Assembly (NCBI GenBank): GCA_948466335.1
Contig: CAOKAE010000002.1
Coordinates: 92,029 to 156,028, forward strand
Length of the DNA: 64,000 bases
Direction: 5' to 3'
Source: an uncultured Coriobacteriia bacterium
GTDB lineage: Bacteria > Actinomycetota > Coriobacteriia > Coriobacteriales > QAMH01
Shown here piece by piece: positions 48,591-57,453 of this stretch; the stretch's first letter is position 1; each line of letters opens with the position of its first letter. The position numbers and the translations under genes are program-made. The notes beneath the pieces are model-generated. The model saw only the letters and a program-made list of their open reading frames with translations, made no database searches and was not told where the DNA came from.

Positions 48591-49718
48591 CTAGCGCAGG
48601 TCGACGCTGAGGGTGCGAATCACGCTGTTGTCGCCCAGGGTGACGCCCGTCGTGTGATCGTAGGTCTCGGTCACCTTCCACGTGGAGGGGATGCCCTCGA
48701 TGTTGGTGAGGCCGGTAAACTCGGCGACCTCTTGCGCGGATGTGTCGCGCGAAAGCACCGCCTGGGGATTCTCGATGATGCTGAGCTGTGCGGATTCGAC
48801 GGCGGCGGCATCAAGCCCGATGCCTGCGAGAATCGACGATGCGACCACCTTCGAGGCGGCGAGCTCGTCGAACTTGGCATCGGCGACACCAAAGGCGTCG
48901 AGGTCGAAGGCCGTGAAGATGTAGTCGATGTTGCCCTCGGCGTTGAGACCGAAGGTGATGCTCGCGAGCGTCTCGCCATTGGAGCCGACGAGCCAGCCGT
49001 TGCGCGTCCTCACGACGGTGGGAAGCGTCGCGTCCGAGGCGGCTACGGCCTCGGCATCGAGCGTGATCGTGTTGCCGCTCGCCTCGACGGCGGCCTCGGG
49101 GGTCATGCCGAAGTACGTGATGAGGTCGGGAATGCGCTCGGCCTCGATTGCCTGGAACTGCGTGGCGTTCGTGCCGGCCGAGGACGTCTGCAGGACGTCG
49201 GAATCCGGCTGCTTGACGTCGGGCGGCGTCGAGTTGCGCCAGATGAACAGGCCGATGATGGCAACGAGGATCAGCAGGATGATGATGAAGAAAACGAGCA
49301 AGTTGCGCAGGCGACGCCTGCTGCGCATCGCGCGCTCGGTGGAGAACTCGTCATCTTCGTCATCGACGTACTCGATGGCCTCCTGCTCGGTGATGTTGAT
49401 GGATTCGGACAGCTCGTCGAGGTCGGCGCTCTCGGTGAGACGGTCGCCCTCGTTGCGCACCACGACATCGTCCACGTTGACGACCTCGTCTGCGGAAACC
49501 TCGCCCGGCTCGAAGTCGGCCGCGGCGGCAGCCGCGCGCATCCTGTAGGAGCTATCGGACTTGATGATGTCGTCGAGCATGGACTCGGCCGCCTCGCCAA
49601 AGTCGACCGTGATCTCCTCCTTGGGAGCATCCTGGGCGGATTGGCCGTCGTTGAAGTCCTCTTCGGCGAAGAGATGGACCTCGACCTCGTTTTGCTCGTC
49701 GTTCTCGCGCTTATCCAT
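48591..49718 (-). CDS. Hypothetical bitopic membrane protein (acidic N-terminus, one TM, ~220-aa external domain)
   Basis: 375 aa. TM segment LLVFFIIILLILVAIIGLFIW. No motif recognised. It follows the GT2 synthase and the 98-aa gene with 8- and 28-nt gaps. Confidence 0.7.
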   Translation of the reverse strand: MDKRENDEQNEVEVHLFAEEDFNDGQSAQDAPKEEITVDFGEAAESMLDDIIKSDSSYRMRAAAAAADFEPGEVSADEVVNVDDVVVRNEGDRLTESADLDELSESINITEQEAIEYVDDEDDEFSTERAMRSRRRLRNLLVFFIIILLILVAIIGLFIWRNSTPPDVKQPDSDVLQTSSAGTNATQFQAIEAERIPDLITYFGMTPEAAVEASGNTITLDAEAVAASDATLPTVVRTRNGWLVGSNGETLASITFGLNAEGNIDYIFTAFDLDAFGVADAKFDELAASKVVASSILAGIGLDAAAVESAQLSIIENPQAVLSRDTSAQEVAEFTGLTNIEGIPSTWKVTETYDHTTGVTLGDNSVIRTLSVDLR

Positions 49719-49726
49719 ATGTGCCC

Positions 49727-50023
49727 CTATATGAAGTGAATCCAGCTGTTGACAATATACAGTATTGCGACAATGACGACGACGACCGCGATGACAATCA
49801 GCGCCTTGTGGCCAGCGCCCATGGGCTGGGTCGTGTCGAGACCGTGAAACTCCTCTTCCTGCTCGGCGGTCATGTCGCCCTGGTCGGATGCGGGCGCGGG
49901 CTGAGCCGTCGCGGGTGCCTGGCCTTCGGGGGAGACGGATTCTCGTTCGGCGTCTTGCGCAGCGCGCTCCTGTTCCTGCTGTGCGCGGCGTTCCACGTCT
50001 TCGATGGAGCTAAGCTTGCTCAT
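49727..50023 (-). CDS. Hypothetical tail-anchored protein (98 aa)
   Basis: Acidic, low-complexity N-terminus and a C-terminal TM, ALIVIAVVVVIVAILYIV. Confidence 0.6.
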   Translation of the reverse strand: MSKLSSIEDVERRAQQEQERAAQDAERESVSPEGQAPATAQPAPASDQGDMTAEQEEEFHGLDTTQPMGAGHKALIVIAVVVVIVAILYIVNSWIHFI

Positions 50024-50051
50024 ATCGCCTCCTCGTTTTGCAAAGGCCCGA

Positions 50052-51527
50052 TCATCCCTTGCTCACGACGTCGGCGACCGACCGCACGACGTTGTGCGTG
50101 ATCGGCTTCCACTCGACCTTCTTGAACACGGCGATGAGCGCGATGGGGACATAGGTGAGCATGAAGATGGGGAAGGTGAAGAGGTACTTGATCTTGTCGG
50201 AGTTCTTCGCGTGGATGTGGTTCCATTCGGTGATGGTCGTGAGCGTGCCGAACACGAGCATGACGACCGCGAAGCTCAAGAAGCAACCGGCCAGCGAGAG
50301 CACCGAAGTGACGATGGTCGCACGCGCCTCAGCATAGGCGAGCACGGTCGAGACCTGGCTCAAGTTGAAGGAGCTCAACGGATCGCCCTCGAACACGGAG
50401 CCGCTCATCATGCCGGTGGCCATCGAGAACCAGTTGGGGTCGCTTGCCGCAAGTCCAGCGGCTCCCGAGGTGCTGGCGGCGACCGTCTGCACCGAGGCGG
50501 CGATGCCGGCCATCTGCACGATGCCCGTGAGGCAGAAGACGAGGTTGACGGCGACACCGGCCAAGGTGAGCAGCATGGCCGGCGCGATGGTCATGAACAT
50601 GTCATAGCAGGCGAAACGGCCCTGCTTGCCACGGAAGATGCCGTTGAAGAGGAACGAACCGTACTTGAGGAGCACCTGGTAGAAGCCCTTGGCCCAGCGC
50701 ATGCGCTGACGCCAGGAGTCCTTCATGGTAGTGGGCTGCTCGTCGTAGACGTAGGCATCGGCGCAGTAGCCGATACGGATGCCGTGCGCGATGCAATCCG
50801 TCGAGAACTCGATGTCCTCGGTGAGCAGATGGTGAATCCATCCGCCGTTAGACTCGAGGATGTCGGCGCTGATCATGAAGCCCGTGCCGCTGATGGCGCA
50901 CGAGCTACCCATCATGTAGCGGGCGTTGGAGAGGAACTTGGCCTCGCGCAAAAACCACAGGGCGCTGCCGGCCGAGATCCAGTTGGAGTCGTAGTTCTTG
51001 GAATTGCGGTAGCAGGTGAGCACCTGGTAGCCACGGTTCACGCCGCGGTTCATGGCCGCGACGAAGCCGGGATCGAGCACGTTGTCGGCGTCGAAGACGA
51101 AGTAGGCGTCGTAATCGGTGCGACCGGAGCAATCGCCGTACAGGACACGGATGCGGTTGAGCGCGAAGTCAAGCGCATGGCTCTTGCCGACGACCAGGCG
51201 GTCGTTGCGCACGAGCACCTCGGCACCGGCTTCCTCGGCGACCTGCGCCGTGTTGTCGGTGCAGTTGTCGGCGATGACGAAGATGTCGATGAGCTCTTCG
51301 GGGTAATCCTGGTTCTTGATGCTGCGCACGAGCTCGCCGATGACGGCCTCCTCGTTGCGCCCGGCAATCATCACGGCGAACTTGTGCAGCGGCTCGTCCT
51401 GCACATGCGTGACCTTGCGTCGATGGTCCTTCACCAAGACGATGACGGCATAGACGGCCTGATACATGTAGCAGAGGCTGAATACGAAGAACAGAAACAG
51501 GTTAAAGGTGTTGACGAATGTCGCCAT
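50052..51527 (-). CDS. Processive family-2 glycosyltransferase (membrane-embedded synthase type)
   Basis: N-terminal TM, a GT-A core (VMIAGRNEE..., FDADN), the Q(R/Q)xRW-type motif WRQRMRWAKG, and 4-5 C-terminal TM segments. Confidence 0.85.
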   Translation of the reverse strand: MATFVNTFNLFLFFVFSLCYMYQAVYAVIVLVKDHRRKVTHVQDEPLHKFAVMIAGRNEEAVIGELVRSIKNQDYPEELIDIFVIADNCTDNTAQVAEEAGAEVLVRNDRLVVGKSHALDFALNRIRVLYGDCSGRTDYDAYFVFDADNVLDPGFVAAMNRGVNRGYQVLTCYRNSKNYDSNWISAGSALWFLREAKFLSNARYMMGSSCAISGTGFMISADILESNGGWIHHLLTEDIEFSTDCIAHGIRIGYCADAYVYDEQPTTMKDSWRQRMRWAKGFYQVLLKYGSFLFNGIFRGKQGRFACYDMFMTIAPAMLLTLAGVAVNLVFCLTGIVQMAGIAASVQTVAASTSGAAGLAASDPNWFSMATGMMSGSVFEGDPLSSFNLSQVSTVLAYAEARATIVTSVLSLAGCFLSFAVVMLVFGTLTTITEWNHIHAKNSDKIKYLFTFPIFMLTYVPIALIAVFKKVEWKPITHNVVRSVADVVSKG

Positions 51528-51647
51528 ATTCCCGCTGCGTTACCCCTCCAGGTATTGTCTGCAGATTCGTTGTTGCATTGTAATGCAAGCTGATAGCGAG
51601 CGCCAATCGCTTCACAACATGTGCACGGAGAGTTAAGAGGGCGTTCA

Positions 51648-51802
51648 GATGAGCGAATTGCAGACTTGCTCTTGCACCCGAGTTACGCTTCGCTCGATGC
51701 CGCTGCGGAACTCGCGCGCAAAAAACGCGCGCTCAGACAGTCCTCGCAAGGTCGCATCGAGCTCAGCGCAACTCTGCGCGAGATGTCTGCAATTTGCTCA
51801 TC
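51648..51802 (+). repeat. Imperfect-palindrome intergenic element, family copy 3
   Basis: Arms GATGAGCGAATTGCAGAC / GTCTGCAATTTGCTCATC (17 Watson-Crick pairs plus 1 G-T). The interior is colinear with copy 1 (TTGCTCTTGCACCCG, GATGCCGC, GGAACTCGCG, GCTCAGACA, CGAGAT). It begins 11 nt after the rsmA stop. Confidence 0.7.
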
Positions 51803-51812
51803 CTCCCTTCTG

Positions 51813-52697
51813 TTAATGAAGATCTAGAAGTGCGCGAGCCATTTGGAGGTAGGTTTCGGGTGCGAGGGTTTCGCCGCGCGTGGTGGGGGCGATGTCGCAG
51901 GCGGCGAGCAGCTGATCGACGATATCCTTGGGATATTTGCTGCTCATGGAGTTGCGAATGGTCTTGCGTCGCTGGGCGAAGGCCGCGTCGGCCAGCTTGC
52001 AGGCGACCTCGACGAGCTCGGGGTCGAGCGCGTCGGCGTTGCGCTCGATGCGGATGACGGCGCTCTCCACGTGAGGCGCGGGCATGAAGCAGCCCGGCGG
52101 CACCTGGAAGCGATCGACCACGTGGGCGTACAGGCGCAGCTTGACCGTGTATGCGCCGTAGTTCTTCGTGCCCACCTGGGCGTCCATGCGATCGGCAACC
52201 TCGCTTTGCACCATGACCGTCATGGCATCGAGAAACTCGAAGCGCGTCAGCCAGTCGAGCACGACCGTCGCGGCGATGCCATAGGGTAGGTTCGAGACGA
52301 GTTGACGGGGCATCGGCGCATCGAGCGTGGCAGCGGCCTGCTCGACCTCGTCACGCGTCAGCTTGAGGGCGTCCTTCTGGATGAGGGCGAAACGATGCGA
52401 GAGGTCCATGGTCGTCTGCGCGAGCACGTCGACGAGATCGGCGTCACGCTCGATGGCGATGACCTTGGCACGTTCGAGCAACGCGATGGTGAGCGTGCCG
52501 ATGCCCGGCCCGATCTCGAACAGGCAGGGCAGCGCCCCGTCCGGTTGCGGGTCATCTAGCTGCGCGAGGCGCAGGATGTTGCCAATGACGTTATCGTCCA
52601 CGAGAAAGTTCTGGCCCAGGGCGTGCTTGGCGCTCAGGCCGAACTCCTGCAAGACGCCCCTGGTCGCACGGGGATTTGCCAGCGCGGAATACGCCAT
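51813..52697 (-). CDS. rsmA: 16S rRNA (adenine1518/1519-N6)-dimethyltransferase
   Basis: LGQNFLVDDNVI and EIGPGIGTLT. Starts at ATG 52697, or at GTG 52703 overlapping the upstream stop. Confidence 0.93.
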   Translation of the reverse strand: MAYSALANPRATRGVLQEFGLSAKHALGQNFLVDDNVIGNILRLAQLDDPQPDGALPCLFEIGPGIGTLTIALLERAKVIAIERDADLVDVLAQTTMDLSHRFALIQKDALKLTRDEVEQAAATLDAPMPRQLVSNLPYGIAATVVLDWLTRFEFLDAMTVMVQSEVADRMDAQVGTKNYGAYTVKLRLYAHVVDRFQVPPGCFMPAPHVESAVIRIERNADALDPELVEVACKLADAAFAQRRKTIRNSMSSKYPKDIVDQLLAACDIAPTTRGETLAPETYLQMARALLDLH

Positions 52698-52699
52698 CG

Positions 52700-53731
52700 T
52701 CACGCCCGCCCGATGCTCGCCATAACCTGGCCGGCCAAGGTGATGGCCCGGCTCAGGTCAAACTGGTCGCCGATCATGCGCGTGATGCGGCTGGAATCGA
52801 TGCGCAGGTTCGCGCAGTTGAGCGCAGAGGTGCAGATGGTCTCGAGCGGCTCCGTGCCAAACGGGTCTCCCCCATCGCCGATGACGACGAGATGCGCCGG
52901 GCGCTTGCGGGGGACCCACTCCCCGAGCACGTACTTGCGCGCCCAGTACATCTGGCAGCGGTCGAGCGCGGCCTTGAGCCAGCCGGAAGGGCCGGCAAAG
53001 TAGACGGGCGCGATCACGACGAGCGCCGCGCAGGATTCCATGTGGCGGGAAAGCACGTTCCAGGCATCGCCCTTGATGCAGCACGTGCCCGTCACCCGGC
53101 AGGCATCACAGCCCGTGCAGGCCGCAACCGGATACTTGGCAATCTCGAAGAGCGTGACGGCCGCACCTGACAGGCGCAGGTACTCGGAGAGCTTGCGCCC
53201 GAAGAGGGCTGATTTGCCGTCCGTATGCGGGGAGCCGACGAGAATGAGGACCTCGGGTGGTTTGGGAGGCTCATCGGAAGCAGGCTCTTCTTCGGGAAGC
53301 TCCTCTTCCTCCTCGACGGTCACGGCATCGCCCTGGTCAACGTGGAAGTCCTCGGTGGAGCTGGGGGCGGGCTCGTTCCTGGGCTCGAAGACGGGTTCAG
53401 CGAGCGTGTCCCCAAGGGGCCTCGCGCTCACCTGCCGCAGGAAATCCTGGGGGCTCTCCCCGAAAAGCTCCGCGAAGCTATCCTCGTCCAAGACGATGTC
53501 ATCGGAACCCGCGTCTGAATCGTCGACGTTTCCGACACCCGTGACGTCGCCTGCCAGCGAGACCGATATGCCGCCGTCGATGCTGTAGGTGGGCTGGGAC
53601 CGGCCCTCTTGCACCGCGTCGGGAGCCTGCTCCTCCTGCGCGGGGACTTCCGGCTCCTCTTGCTTGGGGTTATTCAGCTTCTCGAAGTCCTTCTCGGAGG
53701 GAAGCTTCTGCCTCCTCGATTTCTTCGCCAT
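52700..53731 (-). CDS. Iron-sulfur flavoprotein-like (flavodoxin fold) with ~160-aa acidic disordered N-terminal extension
   Basis: The C-terminal half has VLILVGSPHTDGKS, the compact Cys motif CTGCDACRVTGTCC (CX2CX2CX5C), and VIAPVYFAGPSG. SD GAGGAG lies 7 nt before ATG 53731. There is no internal Met in the extension. Confidence 0.75.
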   Translation of the reverse strand: MAKKSRRQKLPSEKDFEKLNNPKQEEPEVPAQEEQAPDAVQEGRSQPTYSIDGGISVSLAGDVTGVGNVDDSDAGSDDIVLDEDSFAELFGESPQDFLRQVSARPLGDTLAEPVFEPRNEPAPSSTEDFHVDQGDAVTVEEEEELPEEEPASDEPPKPPEVLILVGSPHTDGKSALFGRKLSEYLRLSGAAVTLFEIAKYPVAACTGCDACRVTGTCCIKGDAWNVLSRHMESCAALVVIAPVYFAGPSGWLKAALDRCQMYWARKYVLGEWVPRKRPAHLVVIGDGGDPFGTEPLETICTSALNCANLRIDSSRITRMIGDQFDLSRAITLAGQVMASIGRA

Positions 53732-53743
53732 GCAAAGCTCCTC

Positions 53744-54811
53744 TCAGGCGCGTCGCGCGTCGAGCAAATCGAGGGTGTTCTGGAAGACGCGTTCGGCGAA
53801 CTGGCCCTCATCCAATCCCCGTTGCAAGGCCGGATAGTCGGGTATGTCCGTGACCGGCATCGCGGAGCCGTTCTCGATATCGCTTTGCCGCGGAGAGATG
53901 AGCTCGATGACGCGCTGTTCGCCCGCATAACCGAAGCAATCGAGCAGCGTGCGCAGGGTGAAGACGGTCTGGCTGGGAGCGCAGACCGTGCCGCGCAGGG
54001 GCTCGGGGGCCATGTAGGGCCCATCGGTTTCCGTGAGCAGGCGGTCAACGGGGACGTCGAGTGCCGCCAGGCGCGTGTCCCAGCTCTTCTTGAAGGTGAG
54101 CGGGCCACCAAAGGCGATGTAGCAGCCGAGCTCGAGGAAGGGGGCGAGCGTGGCGGCATCGAGGTTGAAACAATGCAAGATGCAGCCGGCGTCGGGCACG
54201 CCCACCTCGCGCAGGATGCCGAGCGCTTCGTCATGAGCCTCGCGCAAGTGCAGGCTCACGGGGATGTTGCGCGCCTGTGCCATGGACAGCTGGGTGGCGA
54301 AGACCTCGCGCTGCGCCTCGCGCGGGCTGAAGTCATAGTGGTAGTCGAGGCCAATCTCGCCCAAGCAGCAAGTCTCGGGACGCTCGATGAGCTCGACGAG
54401 CTCGTCTCTTGCCTGCTCGAAGTACTTGGCGTTATGGGGATGCACGCCGCAGGCAAAGCGCACGCGCGGCATGATGGCCTGGGCCATGCCCCAGCGTTCG
54501 AGTTCCATGGCGGCATCATCGAACCAGCCGTCAAGGCCATCGTAGGTCTGTCGCGCCGAGCGTCGCGTCACGTCCCCGTCGTCACCATCGAGCTCGGGCT
54601 TCGTCGGGTCGGTCATGCAGCAGATGAAGTCGACGCCGTATGCCGCAGCCTGCGCCAGCACGAGGCCCGGATCCGGAAACATGCCCAGATGGCAATGGGT
54701 ATCCGCGACGAGCGTGCCCCGCGGTAACTCGGGAGCAGGCCTCAGCTTGCCCTTCGAGTTGCGGAAGAGGGCGTCACGCTCGTCGAAATGTTTGAAGTCG
54801 GCGTAGCCCAT
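53744..54811 (-). CDS. tatD: TatD-family metal-dependent hydrolase
   Basis: ADTHCHL..., EIGLDYHY and SLHLREAH. ATG 54811 shares its A with the metG TAA stop (TAATG). Confidence 0.82.
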   Translation of the reverse strand: MGYADFKHFDERDALFRNSKGKLRPAPELPRGTLVADTHCHLGMFPDPGLVLAQAAAYGVDFICCMTDPTKPELDGDDGDVTRRSARQTYDGLDGWFDDAAMELERWGMAQAIMPRVRFACGVHPHNAKYFEQARDELVELIERPETCCLGEIGLDYHYDFSPREAQREVFATQLSMAQARNIPVSLHLREAHDEALGILREVGVPDAGCILHCFNLDAATLAPFLELGCYIAFGGPLTFKKSWDTRLAALDVPVDRLLTETDGPYMAPEPLRGTVCAPSQTVFTLRTLLDCFGYAGEQRVIELISPRQSDIENGSAMPVTDIPDYPALQRGLDEGQFAERVFQNTLDLLDARRA

Positions 54812-56355
54812 TACTTCTCGAGGCGCGGGAAGAGCGCATCGCCCTTGGTGACGACGTTGCCCGCGGGCAGTCCGCCCCACAAGGCGAGCTCCGCGGCGTT
54901 ATCGACCGCGCATGGGTCGCCAAGGTCGAGACGCTTCCAGAGCTCGGTCGAGGTCGCCGGCATGAAGGGCGCCAGGAGCAAGGCGGCGATGCGGCAGGTC
55001 TCGAGGGCGTTGTAGAGCACGAAGGCGAGTTGGCCCTGGGTCTCCTCGCTCTTGGCGAGGTTCCACGGTGCGCTGTCCTCGACGTAGAGATTGGCGCGGT
55101 GCAGAAGCTCCATGACATGGGCGGCGGCACCGCCGAAATCGATGTCGTTCATGCAGGCGGCATAGCGCTCGTAGAGGCCCTCGGCAAGCTCGGAGAGCGG
55201 GTTGTCCTCGAGGCCGAACTCGGCGGGCACCTCGGGCACCTGCCCGTCGAAATACTTGATCACCATGTTGCTCACGCGGCTGAACAGGTTGCCGTAGGTG
55301 TTGGCCAGATCGGCGTTGTAGACCTGCGTGATGCGGTCATAGCCGATGTTGGCATCGGAGCCGAAGGTCACGTCGGCGAGGAAATAATAGCGATAGGCAT
55401 CCACGCCATAGCGCTCGATGAGCTCGCGCGGATAGAGCGCGTTGCCCTTGGACTTGCTCATCTTGGAGCCGTCGGCGGCCATGAGGAAGCCATGGGCGAA
55501 GACATGGCGCGGACACTCCATGCCGGCGGCCATGAGCATGGCCGGCCAGATCACGCAGTGGAAGCGGATGATGTCCTTGCCCACGAAGTGGAAGTTCGCC
55601 GGCCAGAACTTGTCGAGCAGCGTGGTGTCGTCGCTGCCGTAGCCAAGCGCGGTGAGGTAGTTGATGAGTGCGTCGACCCACACGTAGGTGACGTGCTCGG
55701 GGTCGAAGGGCAGGGGGATGCCCCAGTCAAAGGCGGTACGGCTCACGGAAAGGTCATGCATGCCGCTTTCGATGAAGGAGCGCACCTCGTTCTCGCGAAT
55801 CTGCGGACGGATGAAGTTGGGATGCTCGTCATAGTACGCGAGCAGCTTGTCGCCGAATTCGGAGAGCTTGAAGAACCAGTTCTCCTCGTGCACGACGTTC
55901 ACCTCGCGACCGCAGTCCGGGCACTTGCCGTCGACGAGGTCGCCCTCGGTGAACTGCGTCTCGCAGGGCGTGCAGTAGTAACCGTCGTAGGTGCCCTTGT
56001 AGAGATAGCCGTTATCGTGGAGCTTCTGCATGAAGTCCTGGACGCCCTTCACGTGACGCGGCTGGGTCGTGCGGATGAAGTCGTCGTTGGTGATGTCGAG
56101 ATCGCGCCACAGGTCGGTGAACTGCGTAACCTGGCTGTCGCACCACTCCTGGGGCGTCATGCCGTGGGCGGCGGCTGCCTCGGCGACCTTCTCGCCGTGC
56201 TCGTCCATGCCAGTGAGGAAGAAGACGTCGCGGCCGTCCATGCGACCGAAGCGCGCGGTGGCATCGACCGCGATGGTGGTGTATGCGGTACCGATGTGCG
56301 GCTCGCCGTTGACGTAGTAGATGGGCGTGGTGACGTAGAAACTGTCTTTGGTCAT
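54811..56355 (-). CDS. metG: Methionine--tRNA ligase (short form)
   Basis: Starts at ATG 56355 (MTKDSFYVTTPIYYVNGEPHIGTAYT, a HIGH-type motif). KMSKS is present, as is the Zn knuckle CTPCE...CPDCG. Confidence 0.95.
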   Translation of the reverse strand: MTKDSFYVTTPIYYVNGEPHIGTAYTTIAVDATARFGRMDGRDVFFLTGMDEHGEKVAEAAAAHGMTPQEWCDSQVTQFTDLWRDLDITNDDFIRTTQPRHVKGVQDFMQKLHDNGYLYKGTYDGYYCTPCETQFTEGDLVDGKCPDCGREVNVVHEENWFFKLSEFGDKLLAYYDEHPNFIRPQIRENEVRSFIESGMHDLSVSRTAFDWGIPLPFDPEHVTYVWVDALINYLTALGYGSDDTTLLDKFWPANFHFVGKDIIRFHCVIWPAMLMAAGMECPRHVFAHGFLMAADGSKMSKSKGNALYPRELIERYGVDAYRYYFLADVTFGSDANIGYDRITQVYNADLANTYGNLFSRVSNMVIKYFDGQVPEVPAEFGLEDNPLSELAEGLYERYAACMNDIDFGGAAAHVMELLHRANLYVEDSAPWNLAKSEETQGQLAFVLYNALETCRIAALLLAPFMPATSTELWKRLDLGDPCAVDNAAELALWGGLPAGNVVTKGDALFPRLEK

Positions 56356-56404
56356 GGGTGTTGGATCCTTGCTCGCGGGTGTGTGATGGGAGAGATTATA
56401 GCGG

Positions 56405-57241
56405 CTACATGCCAAGGATGAGGTCGTAAAGCCTGTTCTTCGGGAGGCCGAGTTCGCGGGAGAGCTTCTTGGCAAGCGCCGACTTGGACGCGCCGGCGGC
56501 AAGCTCGGCTTGGATGCGCTCGTGCAAGGCCGGGTCATCGAGACTTGCGGCTTGCTGCGCACGAGCATCCGGCAGAGCGATGACGAGCACGATCTCGCCC
56601 TTAATCGCATCACGCGCAGCGAGGTTATCCGCAAGCTCGTTGGCGGGCAGACGCAGTACCTCTTCGTGCAGCTTCGTGAGCTCGCGACACAGCGCGACTG
56701 GTCGCTCGCCATAGGCCTGCGCGATGCTCTCGACCGCAGCAACGACGCGATGCGGTGACTCGTAGAAGATGAGCGCAGCATCGAGCGCGGCCAGCGATTC
56801 CAAAAGCTTGATGCGCTCGACCTCCTTGCGCGGCAAGAAGCCGCCGAAGTAGAAGGCGTTATGCTTAAAGCCGGAAGTAACGAGCGCAGTGGTCACGGCG
56901 CAGGGGCCGGGCAGCACGTTGACAGTCACACCGGCATCGCGGGCCGCATCGACAAGCACGATACCGGGATCGCTGATGCCGGGCATGCCGGCATCGGAGC
57001 AGAAGGCGATGGACTTGCCATCGCGCATGCGAGCAACAAGAGCGGCGCTCTTGGATGCAATGACGTTCTCGTCACAACGCTCGAGACGGGCCTGGATGCC
57101 GAAGTGCGCGAGCAGCTTGCCGGTGACACGCGTGTCCTCGGCGCAAACGACGTCGGCCTGCTCGAGCGCGTCGAGCGCACGGGCGGTCATGTCGCCGAGA
57201 TTACCGATGGGCGTCGGCACTATGGTCAGCTTGCCAGTCAT
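56405..57241 (-). CDS. rsmI: 16S rRNA (cytidine1402-2'-O)-methyltransferase
   Basis: MTGKLTIVPTPIGNLGDMTARALDAL..AEDTR. Starts at ATG 57241; GTG 57250 is an alternative. Confidence 0.92.
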   Translation of the reverse strand: MTGKLTIVPTPIGNLGDMTARALDALEQADVVCAEDTRVTGKLLAHFGIQARLERCDENVIASKSAALVARMRDGKSIAFCSDAGMPGISDPGIVLVDAARDAGVTVNVLPGPCAVTTALVTSGFKHNAFYFGGFLPRKEVERIKLLESLAALDAALIFYESPHRVVAAVESIAQAYGERPVALCRELTKLHEEVLRLPANELADNLAARDAIKGEIVLVIALPDARAQQAASLDDPALHERIQAELAAGASKSALAKKLSRELGLPKNRLYDLILGM

Positions 57242-57296
57242 TGCATCCACCCTACCGGAGCAAATGTGAAGTCACTTCATTCCCGTTCACCTGCTA

Positions 57297-57453
57297 TGCA
57301 ATAAGCAGTTTTGGGCATCTTGAGCAGGCTCGTCATTTTCGCAATACGGGTTTGCGAAAGGTGTCTGAGCGAGCCAAAGGCGAGCGAGTTCTTTCGCGGT
57401 ATTGAGAAAATGGCGAGCCGGGTGCGAAAGCCAGCCCGAAAATGCTTATTGCA
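57297..57453 (-). repeat. Imperfect-palindrome intergenic element, family copy 2
   Basis: Arms 57297-57316 / 57434-57453 pair at 18/20 positions (TGCAATAAGCAGTTTTGGGC / GCCCGAAAATGCTTATTGCA). The reverse-complemented interior is colinear with copy 1 (TGGCTTTCGCACCCGG, CCGCGAAAGAACTCGC, ACACCTTTCGCAAACCCG.ATTGCG, CAAGAT). The right arm contains the gap TAA stop. Confidence 0.75.
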
